NCBI RefSeq assembly: GCF_009914755.1
Contig: NC_060944.1
Length of the DNA stretch: 64,000 nucleotides
Origin: the human T2T-CHM13v2.0 reference genome, Homo sapiens
Strand: one strand, 5' to 3'
Positions 29,331-43,434 of this stretch are shown piece after piece. The number at the start of each line of letters is the position of its first letter. The stretch's first letter is position 1. The position numbers and the translations under genes were made by a program. The notes beneath the pieces are model-generated. The model saw only the letters and a program-made list of their open reading frames with translations. It ran no database searches and was not told where the DNA came from.

Positions 29331-31079
29331 GAAATCCAATCCCGCTACGTCTTGCAGGGGGAACAGGCCGTGAAAATCACATCTTTGCATTTCTGGCCTA
29401 CCAGTTCCGTCTGGGTTCCTGCTGCCAGTCTCAGCTCCGGGGAGGGACACAGGAAATTCCCATTTCCCTGACTGCCAAATCTCAGCCACCTCTGACCCTT
29501 AGAAAGACAGAAACTCCTCCAGCTTCCTGTGAGCCATTCCTGCTGTGTGCCCAACACTCCTAGCCAACGTGTGGCCTGAGGAGATAATGCGAGGCTTAGT
29601 GTCCAGCCCCATGTGTGGCTCCTGCAGTCAAGGCAGCTTCCTTGGCCTCCCCTTGGGGTCAGGGCCTGGCATGCTAGGGGCCTCCAGGGAAGGGCCTTGG
29701 ACTGCACCCAAGGTCAAATGCCCTCTTTATCTGAAGGACGCTGACCACTTTCCTGCCCTGCTTCCCTCTGCTTCCAACATTTCTAGCAGCCTTGGGGAGC
29801 TCACTGTCCCCAGCAGCCAACGCCTACTACTGCTCTTTTAACTCTTACTGAGCCGTCTGCATCCAGGCTCTGCTGCCTTCCTAGTGGGGAGCCAGTGGCA
29901 CAGATGGAAGTGACAGTGGCAGGAATTAAGAAGCTGGTGAACCCCAGCTCCCAGGCTCTTGGTTGAACTGGACCGCAGAATCGGGACCCCTTGTGGGTGT
30001 CCTCCTGTTGAACAATTCACTCATCCACTCATTCAAAACACTTGGGCTGAGGCTCTCACCTGGTGCTGGGGATTCAGTGGTGACTAGACAAGAGTCGCTG
30101 ACCTTGCTGTGGGCATAAAAACCTGGGTGCCAAGGGAACTCGTCAGCATGGGCTTCTGTAGTCAGGAAAGCTTCTCAGAGAAAGCGGCATCTGACTTGGG
30201 TCTAGCAGGCCAAAGAGAAATGTGCATGGAAGAACAAGCTATATGTAACCAAAAGCAAATGGAAAGGGAGGCTGGGGCTGCTGCATAGTAGGAGCTCTGC
30301 AAATGTTTGTCGACTGAATGAATGAAGGGGAACTTCTGGAGGCTTTTCAGTAAGGAAGTAATATTGATTATTATTTCTAAGTGATGCCATCTACTTCTCA
30401 CCAAAGGGCTTCTTTGCCCAGGATGGATGGATCTTCTCCCAGAGGTTTAATTGCTCCATGGATTCCCTGACCCCAGTCCCCACCACACCCTTACATATAG
30501 ACACAAACACACCCACAAACAAGTGCTGGCTGCAGATGCCCACGTGCACACAGACACTCACACACATGTGAGACAACCACACATGTGCAACCACATGCAG
30601 CCCATGTCCACATGTCTAAGAATGATAATCATAGCAAACACTTTTATCCGACTTTCCCACAGGCCAGATGGCAGTTCTCTGCATTTATTAACTCAGTTAA
30701 TTCAGCCCTCTAAGGTAGGAACTATTGGGATTCCCATTTCTACAGATAAGAAAACTAAGCCATGGAGATGAGTCAGTTATCCAAAGTCATATAGTTAGGA
30801 AGTGGTAGGGGTGGGATTTGATCTGGGCCACCTGATCCCAGAGACCATGCTGATAATCACTAAAGCAAAGCGGTCCCAGTATCCTTCTCAGCCTCCCTCT
30901 CACTCCCAGCCCTCCACACTTCACCACCCATCCGTGGTCCAGACACGTTGAAACCCGTGGGATCCCCCAAACACACAATTCGCTGCCATGCTCATCTCTC
31001 TGACATGTTCCCTTCCATCTCTTTCCGAGGTCCACATCTCCTTATGAGGTCCGTTTTATTATTTGTTTACCAAACATTT

Positions 31080-31300
31080 GTTAAGCACAGATTATGGACT
31101 GAGGCTTTGTGCTTAGCATTTTACGTGCATTCTCTCATTCAACCCTCACTACAACCTTATGAATGTCCTATTGTTATTAGCCTCATTTCACAGATGAGTA
31201 AACTGAGGCACAAAGTTGTTAAGTCACTCCCGCAAGGTCACAAAGAGGGAGAGCTTGGAATGGACTCAAACCATCTTGACTCATGAGCCTCAACTCTTCA
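31080..31300 (-). mobile_element. MIR SINE (another MIR lies at ~30620-30860)
   Basis: 'ctcatttcacagatgagtaaactgaggcacaaagttgttaagtcactcccgcaaggtcaca'. Confidence 0.85.
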
Positions 31301-34300
31301 TCTCATCTTAGTCTGCGTCCTGCTCAGCTTTGGCTTCTGTGACTGAGAACAAAGTCTCAGAGGGAGGAAGAGGAGAAGATGGAAGGGAGGAGGAGGAGGA
31401 GGAGGAAGAGGAGCAGCATTAAAACAAAACTCAAGGCTAGCGGAGATTACGAATCCTGAGTGTGGGTGGGGTGGATAGGAGGATTGTAGAGCGACCTTGT
31501 AAACTTTTTACCCACATTTTATTGTGAATATTCTGAAAGCATGGAAGAGTTGAAAGCACTGTGCCATGAGCGCCCCTAAACCCACTACCTTGATTTAGCA
31601 ATGAGCCTCTCACTATTCTTGCTTTATCTCCTGTCTATGCATCTTGCAAGCCATCGATCCACTTACAATGCAGATACTTTGCAGACTTCTTCAAATCTGA
31701 AGAAATGGTCAAGGCTAAGCTCCCTTGGGAAAATCACTGTGGGTGACGCAGGTTGAGATTTTTACTGGGGCCCAAGAGCCTGTGCACAGTTTACATGTAC
31801 ACACACAGTTAGACGCACGTGAGTGTGTGCGCGCACACACACAAGGGAGCAAGGACACAAAGGATGAAGACAGTCTCAGGATTTGGAAGAGAGCCAGGAC
31901 TACCTCAGTTGATCAGTCCACCAGTTCCTTTCCACCTGCCAGGCCCCATTAGCCCCATCGAGGCCGCCAGGGGCCCCAGGGGCTCAGGGCCAGGCTAGGG
32001 GGTGGGGTATTTCCCTAATTGGCCTGCTCGTCCTTCACCCAGCAGAGGAAACAGCCGCTGGCTTCAGCCTCCAAATGACAGGAAACGCCACGGAGGGCTA
32101 CTCGGCAGTAATTACTACTTTGAGAAAGGAGGGGAAAAAAACTGAGGGGGAACAGTTCCAACTCAAATAATCCACTCATCGGGGGGTGGGGGGAATGGGA
32201 GGGTGTTCCAAGGAAAAGACATTTTGAAAAGCCTTCAATCAATCTGACAAGCAATTATCTGCTTAGCGGCTGGTACAAATCCCCCGCTGAGGACTTGTGC
32301 CCCCTCCCAGGAAGACCGGAGCCCCAGACTGACATTCAGCCCCCCAAAGCCCCCATGCCATCCTCCTAGTAGCCGGAAGGTGAAACGTGTAGATTGTAAT
32401 CCCGCCTGGGAAACTTCAGCTCTAGGGGCAGCTATGGTCAGAGGGAGTGGCTATCTGATTCTTTCCCTCCACACACCCATATCCACACACACACACATGC
32501 ACACATGCACGCACACTCTACCCTGCACGACCACATGCCCTGTCCCACATGTTGTAGGGTGAGTTTGTTTCAAATATTCTCTCCTTCCCCCAGCAACCAT
32601 AAGCATTCTCTCTCATTTCATTAATTCATTCAACAAACATTTTTCTTGAAGCTTCATTAGGACACTGGTGATAAGGATGAGAGACATCCCTGGTCTTCTG
32701 CATACAGCTGGGGAAGAAAAGTCATTGTCACCTGCTTTGTGATTCCTACCCCAGTTTGGGGAAGCAGCATAGAGAATTGGAGAGAGCATGGCTGGGAATA
32801 CAAGAGCTGAATTCAGACCTAAGTGTGACCAGGCAAGCTCTGGTCCCCTCTAGGGCTCCAGAGGCCAGGTTGAGGGGGTCTCTTCTTTCCTCCATCCACC
32901 TGCCCTAGGCCAGGCCTCCTCTTCTTACCAACTCTCCCAGGCCCTAGGCCTGCCTCTCCCTCAGCAAATCCCAGAACTGTCTCTAGTCCAGCCTATGTGG
33001 GACAGAAAGAGAGCAGACAGGTTTGGCCCACCAGGGAGGGTTTGCCCCTGCCCTGGACTTCGTAAAGAGCTGAGAATGAGCCCCCAGCAGTGCAGAGTGG
33101 GGCCCTGACAGGCAGATGTCCTTGCCCACGGTCCTGCACACCTCTTCACACAGTGCTTGTGTGTATGTGCATATGTGTGTATCTCACACACAGCCCCTCA
33201 CTGGCACATTCCGACATCACATGTCCGCAGGCTGCACACATGTGGGCTTAATGCCACAAGTGAGAGTCCTGCATCCCTCCCTGGTCTCACTCATGGGCAC
33301 ACAGGGTGTCACACCTGCACATTCACCACCATAGATATCCGTGCTCCTCCCCATGCCGGCACAGACTCACACATACACACGCACAAACAGCCAGATATCA
33401 GCCATGGATACAACCCTCACAGTCACAGGCACTCACACGAATTTCTCACCCCTTCACACACCCAGAGTCTCATGATGGAGACAGCACATGGGAATGGAGC
33501 AGGCAGGGAATGGAGCGGGCAGGGAATGAAGCAGGCAGCAGAGGAAAGCCCTCCCAGACAGAGTCCTCAACAGCACCAAAGAAGGAAGCCCTCATCCAAG
33601 ATGCAAGTGAGGAGAGAAGGCGAAAAGGACTTCCAGGCCAGAGGCTACAGCAAGAGGGAGCTGACCGGGACAGGGCAAGGAAGGTCAGAACCCTGGCCAG
33701 GAAGCAGCCTGGGTTCACAGTTAGGAGAGCAGAGATCTCAGGGAACAGCAGAGTGGCAGGCCTCGTGGAATGATGATGCCTGCCCACCAACACCATACTG
33801 TCCTGAACAGAAACACACACATGCAGGCTCTCTGTCAACCTGCAAGGCACGAGGGCCGTCACTAGTCAAAACATGCTTCAGGGTGAGGAGGTCTGCTCCA
33901 GCTCTGTTGCAAATGGAGGGAGTTTCTGCTTTCATGCAGTGCAGTCAGGGGATGGGAGTTGGGTTTAGCTTGGGGCTAATCTTGTACCTGAGTTCTTCTG
34001 GTCATAAAACATGAGGGTGTGTCTTTTTGGGGACATGGTGAGCCATGTGCCTGCTTTCCAGTGCATCAGATATGTCTTGCCAATCTCTGAGGGCAAAATG
34101 AAATGTCTTGGGAGAGCAAACAGCCGCCTCCCTCCTGTGCCAGGAGAGCAGAATCATTTTGCTCTGTCTACACAAGCATTCCTGTCCTCTCCCTGCTGAT
34201 GGCCTTGGGAGATAATGTGTTCCATGTGTGTCCCTGAGTACGGGGACAGCTGTCGTAAATGTAGTGGGAGCTGCAATGGCCTATGTGTCTGGATGAAGTG

Positions 34301-36679
34301 GGTTCCATGTCTTTCCAGGTTGCAGACTCTTGAGGGAAGCAGGATCCCATATCCCAGGGCTGTAATGTCAGAGAGGGCCTGCCAGGGTCAGTATTTGCCT
34401 CTTCACCCAGCTCTGGGCAGAGCCTGAAGGGCTGGCTAGCAGACTCCAGCCATGGAAGGTAGAGCTGGAATTAGTTCTTCTGCTCTAAGAATGGAGTGTG
34501 GGGCCTACCTGGCTGGACATGGAGCTTAGTTTTTGATCTGCACCCAAGGTCCCAGTGCAAAACACAGGGCACTGGTTTTCACGTGTGTCTTATCTGGTTT
34601 TCCCATCAGAGCACACAACTTTGTTTATGAGACCGTCTGTGGATTCCAAGATGGGCAATGATAGAAATGAGCAGAGCTAACATTTATTGTGCATTTGCTC
34701 CGTGTCAAGCACTTTACACGGAATTTCTCTTCTAAGCTGTTGATATCTCAAAGTGCTTAACAGCATGGATATCAGAGTTAGCAGGACTTGGGTTTAGATT
34801 CTGACTTTTCTGCTCAGAGCTGTGTGACCCTGGGCAAGTCACCTGTCTGAGTGTCTGTCGACACCAACTGTCCATTCATCCATCTATCCTTCCATTTCAT
34901 CAGCATTTATGGATGCCTACCTATGCCCAGCCTCGTACCTGGCACTGGAAGTGAATGGACAAATAAGACACTGTTTCTAAGAACTCGAGTGCCAGAGGTG
35001 GAGACAGTGGAGGTGATATCATCAGGAGGGGCAGCGTAGCAGAGTGGAAACTTTGGCAACACACAAACTGGGGTCAGATTTCAGATCTGTCCCTTCCCAG
35101 AAACGCAACCCCAGCAAGTGACTTGTCTTCAGCAAGTCTCAGTCCCCATTAAGTGGACTGAGGATGATGATGGTGCCTACCTCCTTTGGTTGTTGGGGAG
35201 ATGACATGGGACATTGCTTGTAAAGTGCTGAGCCCTGGGCCTGCTGCATTGAGACTCTCAGTGAGTGCCAGCTGGTGTCATTGATCACTTCTGTAAAATG
35301 GGTATAACAATACCCAGCCTCTCCACCTTTATAATGAAGTTGTATCAAATAAGATCATGTGTGGTAAGTGTGCTTTATAAATGGTGGAGTGCTTATTTTA
35401 TCACTCATTCATTCAGCTAACCATTCCTTGACAGCCTGCAAAGGGCCAAGGCTACAGCTAGGAATGAGATTATCAAACAGGAGCAAGAGGTAAGGGAAAC
35501 ACAGATGTGGCTACAGAGTCCGGCATCTGGGAATGAAGATCAATTATGATCCTGATGCAATAAGAACAGCCACAAAAGCTTCTACAGAGGAGGGCAAAGG
35601 AGGTGGTCATTAGCTAACTGGTGACGTCAAGGAAAGCTTCCTGGAAGAAAAAGAGTTAGCATTGGTGCTGCAAGGATGAATGGGCATTGAAGCTTCACCT
35701 TTTAAGTCTGAGCAAGCTTACACTCTAATAAGAGAATCAGAATGTCTTCAGTGACACAAGAAGGGGTGGACACAGGCAGATTTTACTCATTACCCATCCA
35801 GTGTACAGAGAAGTGGTGGAGTTCTGAGGACAGAAATCTGAGAAGCTTGGAGCCAGCTGGACTCAGGCTCGGCCTTGGAACCAGGAGGAGCAAAAGGGCA
35901 GAATGTGTTGCCTGAGTTCTCAGTGGTCCCTCAATCCACAGCGACATCTTCCACAAGTGTCAATTGCAGAGCCAAGATTGGAACCTGTATCTGGCTGTTC
36001 ATGACACTCTGTCAGACTCAACAGAGGTGCTCAGTTCTGGGCTGGGTTATGAGCCTCAGTTTGAGGTGGCTAACCTCACCACCACATGCCCCTACCTCAA
36101 ATACTCTCATTTTCTGTCTTTTCATGAACACTCTGTAAACTTTCCCTGTGAAGTTCTTCCAAATCAGTCCTTTTCTGCTGGCTATAGAAACCAGACTGCG
36201 CACTCACCCCAAATAGCACCCCCTCCTCAGCCCCATAAGCACGTTTTTACCTCCTCAAACCACTTACCACTGTCACTAGGACCTAATGTAAGTCAGAGGG
36301 GAGGCCATTGGCTGACATCCACTCCAGGAAGTCACATTAGCAACTTCATTCATCAGGGTCAGGATTGAGCTTCCATTGTCTGCTGTAACCATTTGTTTAT
36401 TTCAACTTTGGCGGCAGCCCCGGTTTATTACAGTTATCACTGTCTGGGATGGGAGAGAATATACTTGCCTTTCACACATAGGAATGGCATTCTTGCATTT
36501 TGTAGCAAAAGACTCACCTGACTCAATACCTCCCCAAATATCAAATAATGTTAAAAAGAGAATATAAATCTATTGATACATATTCTATATATGTATACAT
36601 CTTTGAATCCACAAATCAATCATTTTATTTTATTTTAGAAGAATAAGGAATAACTGTTTATCCAGCAGCAAACAAAATA

Positions 36680-37200
36680 ATAAACAATAATACCTAATGC
36701 TGGTAAGGTTTCCTTGAAGTGGCTAAACGGACAAACTTTGCTGGAGGCAATGTAAATGAGGACATCCTTTATGGAAAGTAAATTGGAAAATATGTATCAC
36801 AAACCACAAAAATGTTCCTACCCTGAGACCCACTGATTCTGCTTCTGGGAATTTATCCTAAGGAAATGAGACAAAGAGAAACACTCTGTGGAAAAGGAGA
36901 AGAGTTCATTGAAGCAATATTTCAAATAGGGGGAAATTGAAAGTAAAATTCAACAATACTCAACATCAATTTGATGAAATAATAGGGAACCATTAACATG
37001 ATAATCTGTAATATTGGTGGAGCAAGCAAAGGCACACGTATACTGTATTCACCTTTCAAGTTTAAGACCAGCATGTACAAACTACATATTAACATATAAG
37101 TCACTGTACTTGCAATGGGAGGCTGGTAGCCTTATGGAGAAGGTTTTTGCCCTTGTTTTCTAAACTTCCAGTTGGGTTCTATATGGTTTTATAGTTTCTT
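36680..37200 (+). mobile_element. Old L1M ORF2-end/3'UTR fragment
   Basis: 'ttgctggaggcaatgtaaatg...atggaaagtaaattgg...gacccactgattctgcttctgggaatttatcctaaggaaat'. Confidence 0.7.
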
Positions 37201-37475
37201 TTAACTGGAGCTGACAAATGATCATGCTTCACGAAAGAACTACAAACAGTGCCTAATTAGACACAGCAGCTTTCACAAGACCCTCAGCCTGTCTAGGCTT
37301 CATTTCCATGTTCCTTAAGATCCTTTGCCCCATAAATGTAGTGTGGGAAATAGACGGGCCTGGCAAGTCTTTTTAAGTCTCTAAGTCCAGTGCTGTGAGG
37401 AAGAATGGATTTGTCAAAACAATGGCTGATGGTAGTTGAGCACTTCATACCCATCCATTAAATTTGGTCCTCATG

Positions 37476-37773
<298 letters not shown>

Positions 37774-39034
37774 CTACAACCCTGCATAGTGGATTGTATC
37801 ATCCCCATTTTACAAATGGGAAAACTGAAGGTTGTCCAGGAACAACACAGGTGGTAAGGAGAGGAGCCAGGATTCAAATCCACAACTCTTCACTCCATAG
37901 CCTGTTTTGTTGTTGTGTTTCCCAATTCATGTTGATTATTTTTCTCAAATGGATATAGTTTAAAAGAAGTTGATTCACTAAAATAAGTTCGAAGTTGTGG
38001 CTTGAAGGGAACTCCCGGCAGCCCATTCAGGCTGCCTGGGAGGCCCTTCTGTCTTGAAAGGGAACATACAGTTGGCTGGCTTTGCCTGAAGGAGGAGGAC
38101 TGGCCCAGCCAGCGGCTGCAAAACCTATTGGGTTCAAGCATTCCAAAAGAAAACACCCCCTTCACCAAGAATGTACCTCAATAACCACAGAAACAGGCCC
38201 CAAAGAAGAAAAAGGGGCTTGGGGGAGCCTCTGACTGGCTGCTGGTGATGTCATGCCCCAGCCCAGAATGCCTGTAAGAGGGCCTACTCTGGGCGACTTT
38301 ATGGGGGCTTTGGTGTCTGCATGCTCCCTCCCTGGCAGCCAGGCCAGCATGACGGCTCCTGTCCGCCTCCCTGCCCCCTGCACATCCCCAGCGTCTCTGC
38401 CCTGGCCTCTCCCAGCCTGTAATTACTTTCAGTGCCCTGCTTTATGGGCTCCAGCGAGGGGGACTTTGCAGCAAGAGGAGGTTCCTTGAAAGGGACCCAG
38501 GAATCTTTCCAGAAGGGCCTCTTTCTCCCTGCTCTCTGAGAGGCTTTGAAAGCAGAGCCAGGAGGCATTGTGGGGCCTGGCCTCCTCAGACACCCTCCCA
38601 GCTCCCAGGTCTTCTTACCTGGCCCACTGGCTGGCACTCCCTTGCCGACAATCTTTCAGTTGTCCCTGGGGACTCTTAGAATAAAATAAAAATCATTCCC
38701 TGTGGCTTCCAAGTCTGGGGTCTGCCTCATCACTCACAATCCCCCACCCCCACCCCCACAGACCAGCTGTAATGGTCCACCCACCATTCACAGACACACC
38801 ACCCTTCCTTGCTTCTGAGCTTCCTCAAATGCCGGTCCCCCTACTGGAACACTTGTCTCTCTTCTCTCTCTGCTCACCCCATTTTAGCCGACTAACTCCC
38901 ACTCACCCTTGAGGTCTCCATTCTTTTCCTTCCATTCTTTTCCTTCAGGGATCTTCTGTGGACCTCTGTCCCAGCTGGGCTCAGTGCCTCCTCTTCTAGG
39001 CTCACAGAGCCCCCGAGCTTTGTCCTATGCCATG

Positions 39035-39485
39035 GTCATTTGGGTCCCTCTGGAAGTAAACTCTACAATGAAGATTGAAGGTAATTTATGTGGAAGGTGA
39101 ACGCAACATCTGCTGGCAGGGAAATGAGAAATGAGGCAGGGACAGGAAGGCAGCCAATAAAGAATATTATCAGGCAAGTTCCCACCATGGGCAACTAGAG
39201 GTTCATTCTGCTAGGAGCTCCAGAGTTCAGTGTAGAACACACAGCTCTGAGTTATCTCAGCCTAGAGGGAAGGAGCCGTGGTATTAATCCACCAGGCCCA
39301 TCAATCATTGGTTGGAGCTATTCCAGATGGACGTCAATTTTCTAGCTTGCCCCAAGTGTAGGCACAGTGGGCTTGGGCAGGGAGAGAAAGTCCCTGGGCT
39401 GGGACTGAGTAGTCAGGGGGAAGTCAGGACTACAACGGTGAGGTCCAAAGGGAGATAAGTAGGCCCTGACATCTGCTCTACTCAC
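39035..39485 (-). mobile_element. LTR16(C)-like ERVL LTR
   Basis: 'gaggcagggacaggaaggcagccaataaag...caggcaagttcccaccatgggcaactagagg...cagtgtagaacac...ctgagttatc...gagggaaggagc..ggtatt...atcattggttgg'. Confidence 0.7.
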
Positions 39486-41486
39486 AGCCCCACCAGCCCA
39501 CACTGCAGTTGCCTCTTCTCTGCTGTCTCTTCAACCAGAAAATAAGCTTCAGGCAGACAGGCATCTCTTCAATTTTGTTTATGACTGCATTCTCTACATA
39601 GGCACATTGGGTGAATCAAAATTATGTCCTGCTTGGGGTGGGTCCACAAGCCAACCACTGGTTGAGGGATTCTATCACATGTCCTCACTTTTCCAGCTAG
39701 TAAACCCAAAGATCCCAGAGGCAGAGCCTTGAGAAGAAACTTGGAGCACCTTCCATTATTATAAGTGTTGGCCAGAAACTTCGAGGGTCAAGCTTGCCCC
39801 TGGAAGATCCATGGGCAAGGACAACCGCAGGCAGAGCCAGAGGCCTGGATTCAAATCCCAGATCTGCCAATTACTGTGTGGCCTTGGGCAAGTTGCTCAA
39901 TCTGTCTGTACTTCAGTTTCCTCAACTATAGTAACTCCATAAGGTAGGCACAATTAATAGCATTATTACAAAATTCTAATGAAATTGTGTATGTAATATG
40001 TTTGGTCATCATTAAAATGATTCTTACCTCCTAAGTATATAATGAGCTGCCTGGATTTTAAAAAAAATGATTTTTACAGAAAAGCCAGGTTTAATCCTAA
40101 ACCTTAAGGGTTCCCTGATACACGCACCTACCCTATGCCAGGCATTGTGCTAGAGGCATTACACACGTCCAGCAGCCCATCCACTACGGGCCTGCCTTCA
40201 ATGGCACTTCTAACCTATTGTGCTTTGAACACCTCTAGTGATAGGATACTCACTACATCACAAGGGAACCAGATAGATTTTCAAACAGCTCTAAATGTCT
40301 AATACAGAACCATGCTCACAGGAAACATGGAGCTCTCTTTGCCCACAACAGCCTCTTGGAAATATGAGGGAGTGGTCCTGATGTCAGCTTTCTCTCTCCC
40401 ACATCAGGAGCGTGTTCCCTCACAGAACATGACTGTGAGGTCCTATGTCTCCAAGGTCTCACTCTTTCCCTCCACTGGAAGGTCTCCAGTACCTCTGAAT
40501 TAAATGAGAGCCACCCGTGAGGGTGATCTAAGCAGTGCAGAACACAATGTATCTCATCCCCTGCTCGGGACACTTTCTTCTATTCATGCAGTCAGGGGTT
40601 GCATCAGCATTTTGGCAGCTGGAACACAGCATGTGGCCCTGGGCAAACCATTTGGTTTCTCTGAGTCTCAGTGTCTATCCATAAAGTAAAGACAATACAG
40701 GCACCTAACTCATAAAGCTGTTGGGATGATTAAATGGAATGATACACGAAAAGCTCTTAACACAATACTGAAAAAGTGTAGGTAATATTGGGAGCCGGCT
40801 AAAAGCCATAGCTATGCCTCTTTCACATGAGGTCTTTTGAAACTGGGTTTTTCCCATCTTTGGTCTTTTCCAACAAAGTCAGCAAGACTTTGTCAGACTT
40901 TAACTGAGTCCATGTTAAATATGTTGACTAAGAATGGACCAAAGAAGACCCCTTGGCATGGTCCAGAGACTCCCCATCAAGAGTGCCATGAGTGCACTGA
41001 TGACCATTCCGTGGGAATGAATGCTCTGCCCCCTATCACCTCCCTCAGCCTCGCTATGCCTCCCCTGTCCCCTGGATGTGGAGATCCAAGGGCTGACCAC
41101 GCTGTTGCGTTCATCTCTGTGTCTCCAGATTCTTGCCGAGTGACTGGCCCAAGAACATGAATTGAATTTCCCCTATTCACAGATGGCCTAGAGCCAGGAA
41201 GACAGTTTTTGTGAGGTCTCTATTTTTATTCTCATTTTACATGAAACAGCATTAATGATCACAAAGGTAGCTGTTATAGGCATTCAGCAGGCATCAGATC
41301 TTCCTGTACTGGCTCACCAAATCCTCACTACGGCATCATTGCTGCCTCCACTATTCAGGTAAGGAAACTGAGACTCAGATGAATTAAGTGATTTGCCCAA
41401 GACCCCATGGACACAAAGTGATAGAAGCAAGATTTGAACCCAGGCCTATAAAGCTACAAGCCACCTTCCTCCTCTACCTGGAAGAA

Positions 41487-41808
<322 letters not shown>

Positions 41809-41923
41809 ACCTGGAAGATTTTAAAGTGCTTTTCTAATGCTAAAAGTTGAGGGGAAAATGTATTTGGTCATGCAGTTCAGCTCACAGGCCTGATCCCAGA
41901 GAGCTGCAACAGCATAAACCATC

Positions 41924-42483
41924 TATGGCAGTTTTAAAACATAGCCATAAATCCTGTGACACTACTCCCAGTAGGATGTGCACCTATGGTCCCTCCCCGT
42001 GAACCAGAGGGACTTATGACTGCTTTGACCAATAGAGTACAGAAGTGACACTATATGATTTCCTAGGCTATATCATAACATGCCATGAGGCATCTACCTT
42101 ATTTAATGGAGCCATTGTACTGAGAGTCAGGAGACTGCTATTAAGAAACTCTAATGCTCTACTAACCTGAGACCACAATGCTGGAAGCTATATGTAGGTG
42201 TTCTAGCTGACAGTTGCATGTGAGCCCTGACTTCAACCAGACCAACCCAGGCACCAGAAATAAGAATGAAGAAGCCATCTTGAAAGTGGATTCCCCAGCC
42301 CCAGCCATTCAAGTCATCCCAGGTGAGGTCCCCAGATGTCATGAAGCAGAGATGAGCTGTCTCTTCTGTGACTTTCCTAATTCCTGACCCACTGAACTTG
42401 TGAGTGTACTGAAAGGGGTGTTGTTTTATACCAGCAAGTTGTGGGGTGGTTTGTTCTGCAGCAAAAAAGAGATAATCAGAACA
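41924..42483 (+). mobile_element. MLT1G/F-like MaLR LTR
   Basis: 'tatggcagttttaaaacatagccataaat...tgactgctttgaccaatagag...gaagccatcttgaaagtgga...ttgtggggtggtttgttctgcagcaa...ataatcagaaca'. Confidence 0.8.
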
Positions 42484-42674
42484 CCATCTGACCCAACAGC
42501 TCATTTCTCAATGCTCTGAACTTGTTGATGGAAATGCACTTTGATTTTCAAAGTCAGAAGTTCCATATGGACCATTCAGAAAGTCATATCTGACCCAGAT
42601 ACTTTGGCTGAGTAAGAGGCTAGGCTTGCTAGAGACCTGGACTTCAGCGTCCTGATAATTTTGGTGTCCCATCT

Positions 42675-43110
42675 GTTCATTTATTAGTAGTTATTGCATT
42701 GCCACCTTGTGCCAGGCACTGTGCTAGGCATGGAGATACCACGATAAACAAAATGGACATCGGCCTTGCCCACAGGAGCTCACACTCCAGTGGGGGAGAC
42801 AGATACCACATAAGAAATTTTAAGTTAAAAATGGAGATGCACAGCCTTAGGGTCATCTAACCATGTGTGGCCAAGGGAGCAGGACTGGCCTAAGAAGGTG
42901 ACCATCCGAGGGCTGAACAACAGAGGCAGTGCCCATCTGATGTGGAAGAGGCAGAGACAAGAACTGCAGGCAGAGAGAACAGCCGGAGGGGAGGCTGTGC
43001 TGAGAGAATGCATGAGGCATTCAAGGACACAACAGATATCTGGTGTGGCTGGAATGAAGACACTGAGGCAGAGTGGTGAGAGGAGATGCTGGACAGGGCT
43101 GCTGGGTGGA
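42675..43110 (-). mobile_element. L2 LINE 3' fragment
   Basis: 'tgtgccaggcactgtgctaggcatggagatac...ggagctcacactccagtgggggagacaga'. Confidence 0.75.
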
Positions 43111-43343
43111 AATGGATGGGTTATCCCAGCCTAGGTCCCCATCCAGCCCCAGTCCCAAACTGCTGGCCAGCTGACCACGTCTGCTTCTTGGAGTCCCCTG
43201 GCTTTCCTCTCATCTCTGACTGTTCCTTCTCCGTTTCCTTGGCTGCCTTCTCGTTCTCCAATCATTGCCACATGTGAGCATTCCCTCCTCACAAAACACT
43301 CATAGTTCTCAGTTGCTCATGCGCTCTTCTGATAACCCCAAAA

Positions 43344-43434
43344 TATTAAGTTGAAACACAGGGAATGGCAATATTTGACCATGTGTGACTTAAGAAAAAA
43401 CATCACCCAGCAATTTCAATGGTTCAGCTTAATT
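43344..43434. mobile_element. MADE2-like mariner MITE
   Basis: 'tattaagttgaaacaca..gaatggcaatatttgaccat...gcaatttcaatggttcagcttaatt' with inverted ends. Confidence 0.7.

Noticed and set aside
33157-34014. 285-aa ORF, the longest non-L1 ORF
   Set aside because: Begins in CA/TG-rich low complexity, has no recognisable domain, and overlaps ORFs in several frames as expected for GC-rich non-coding DNA.
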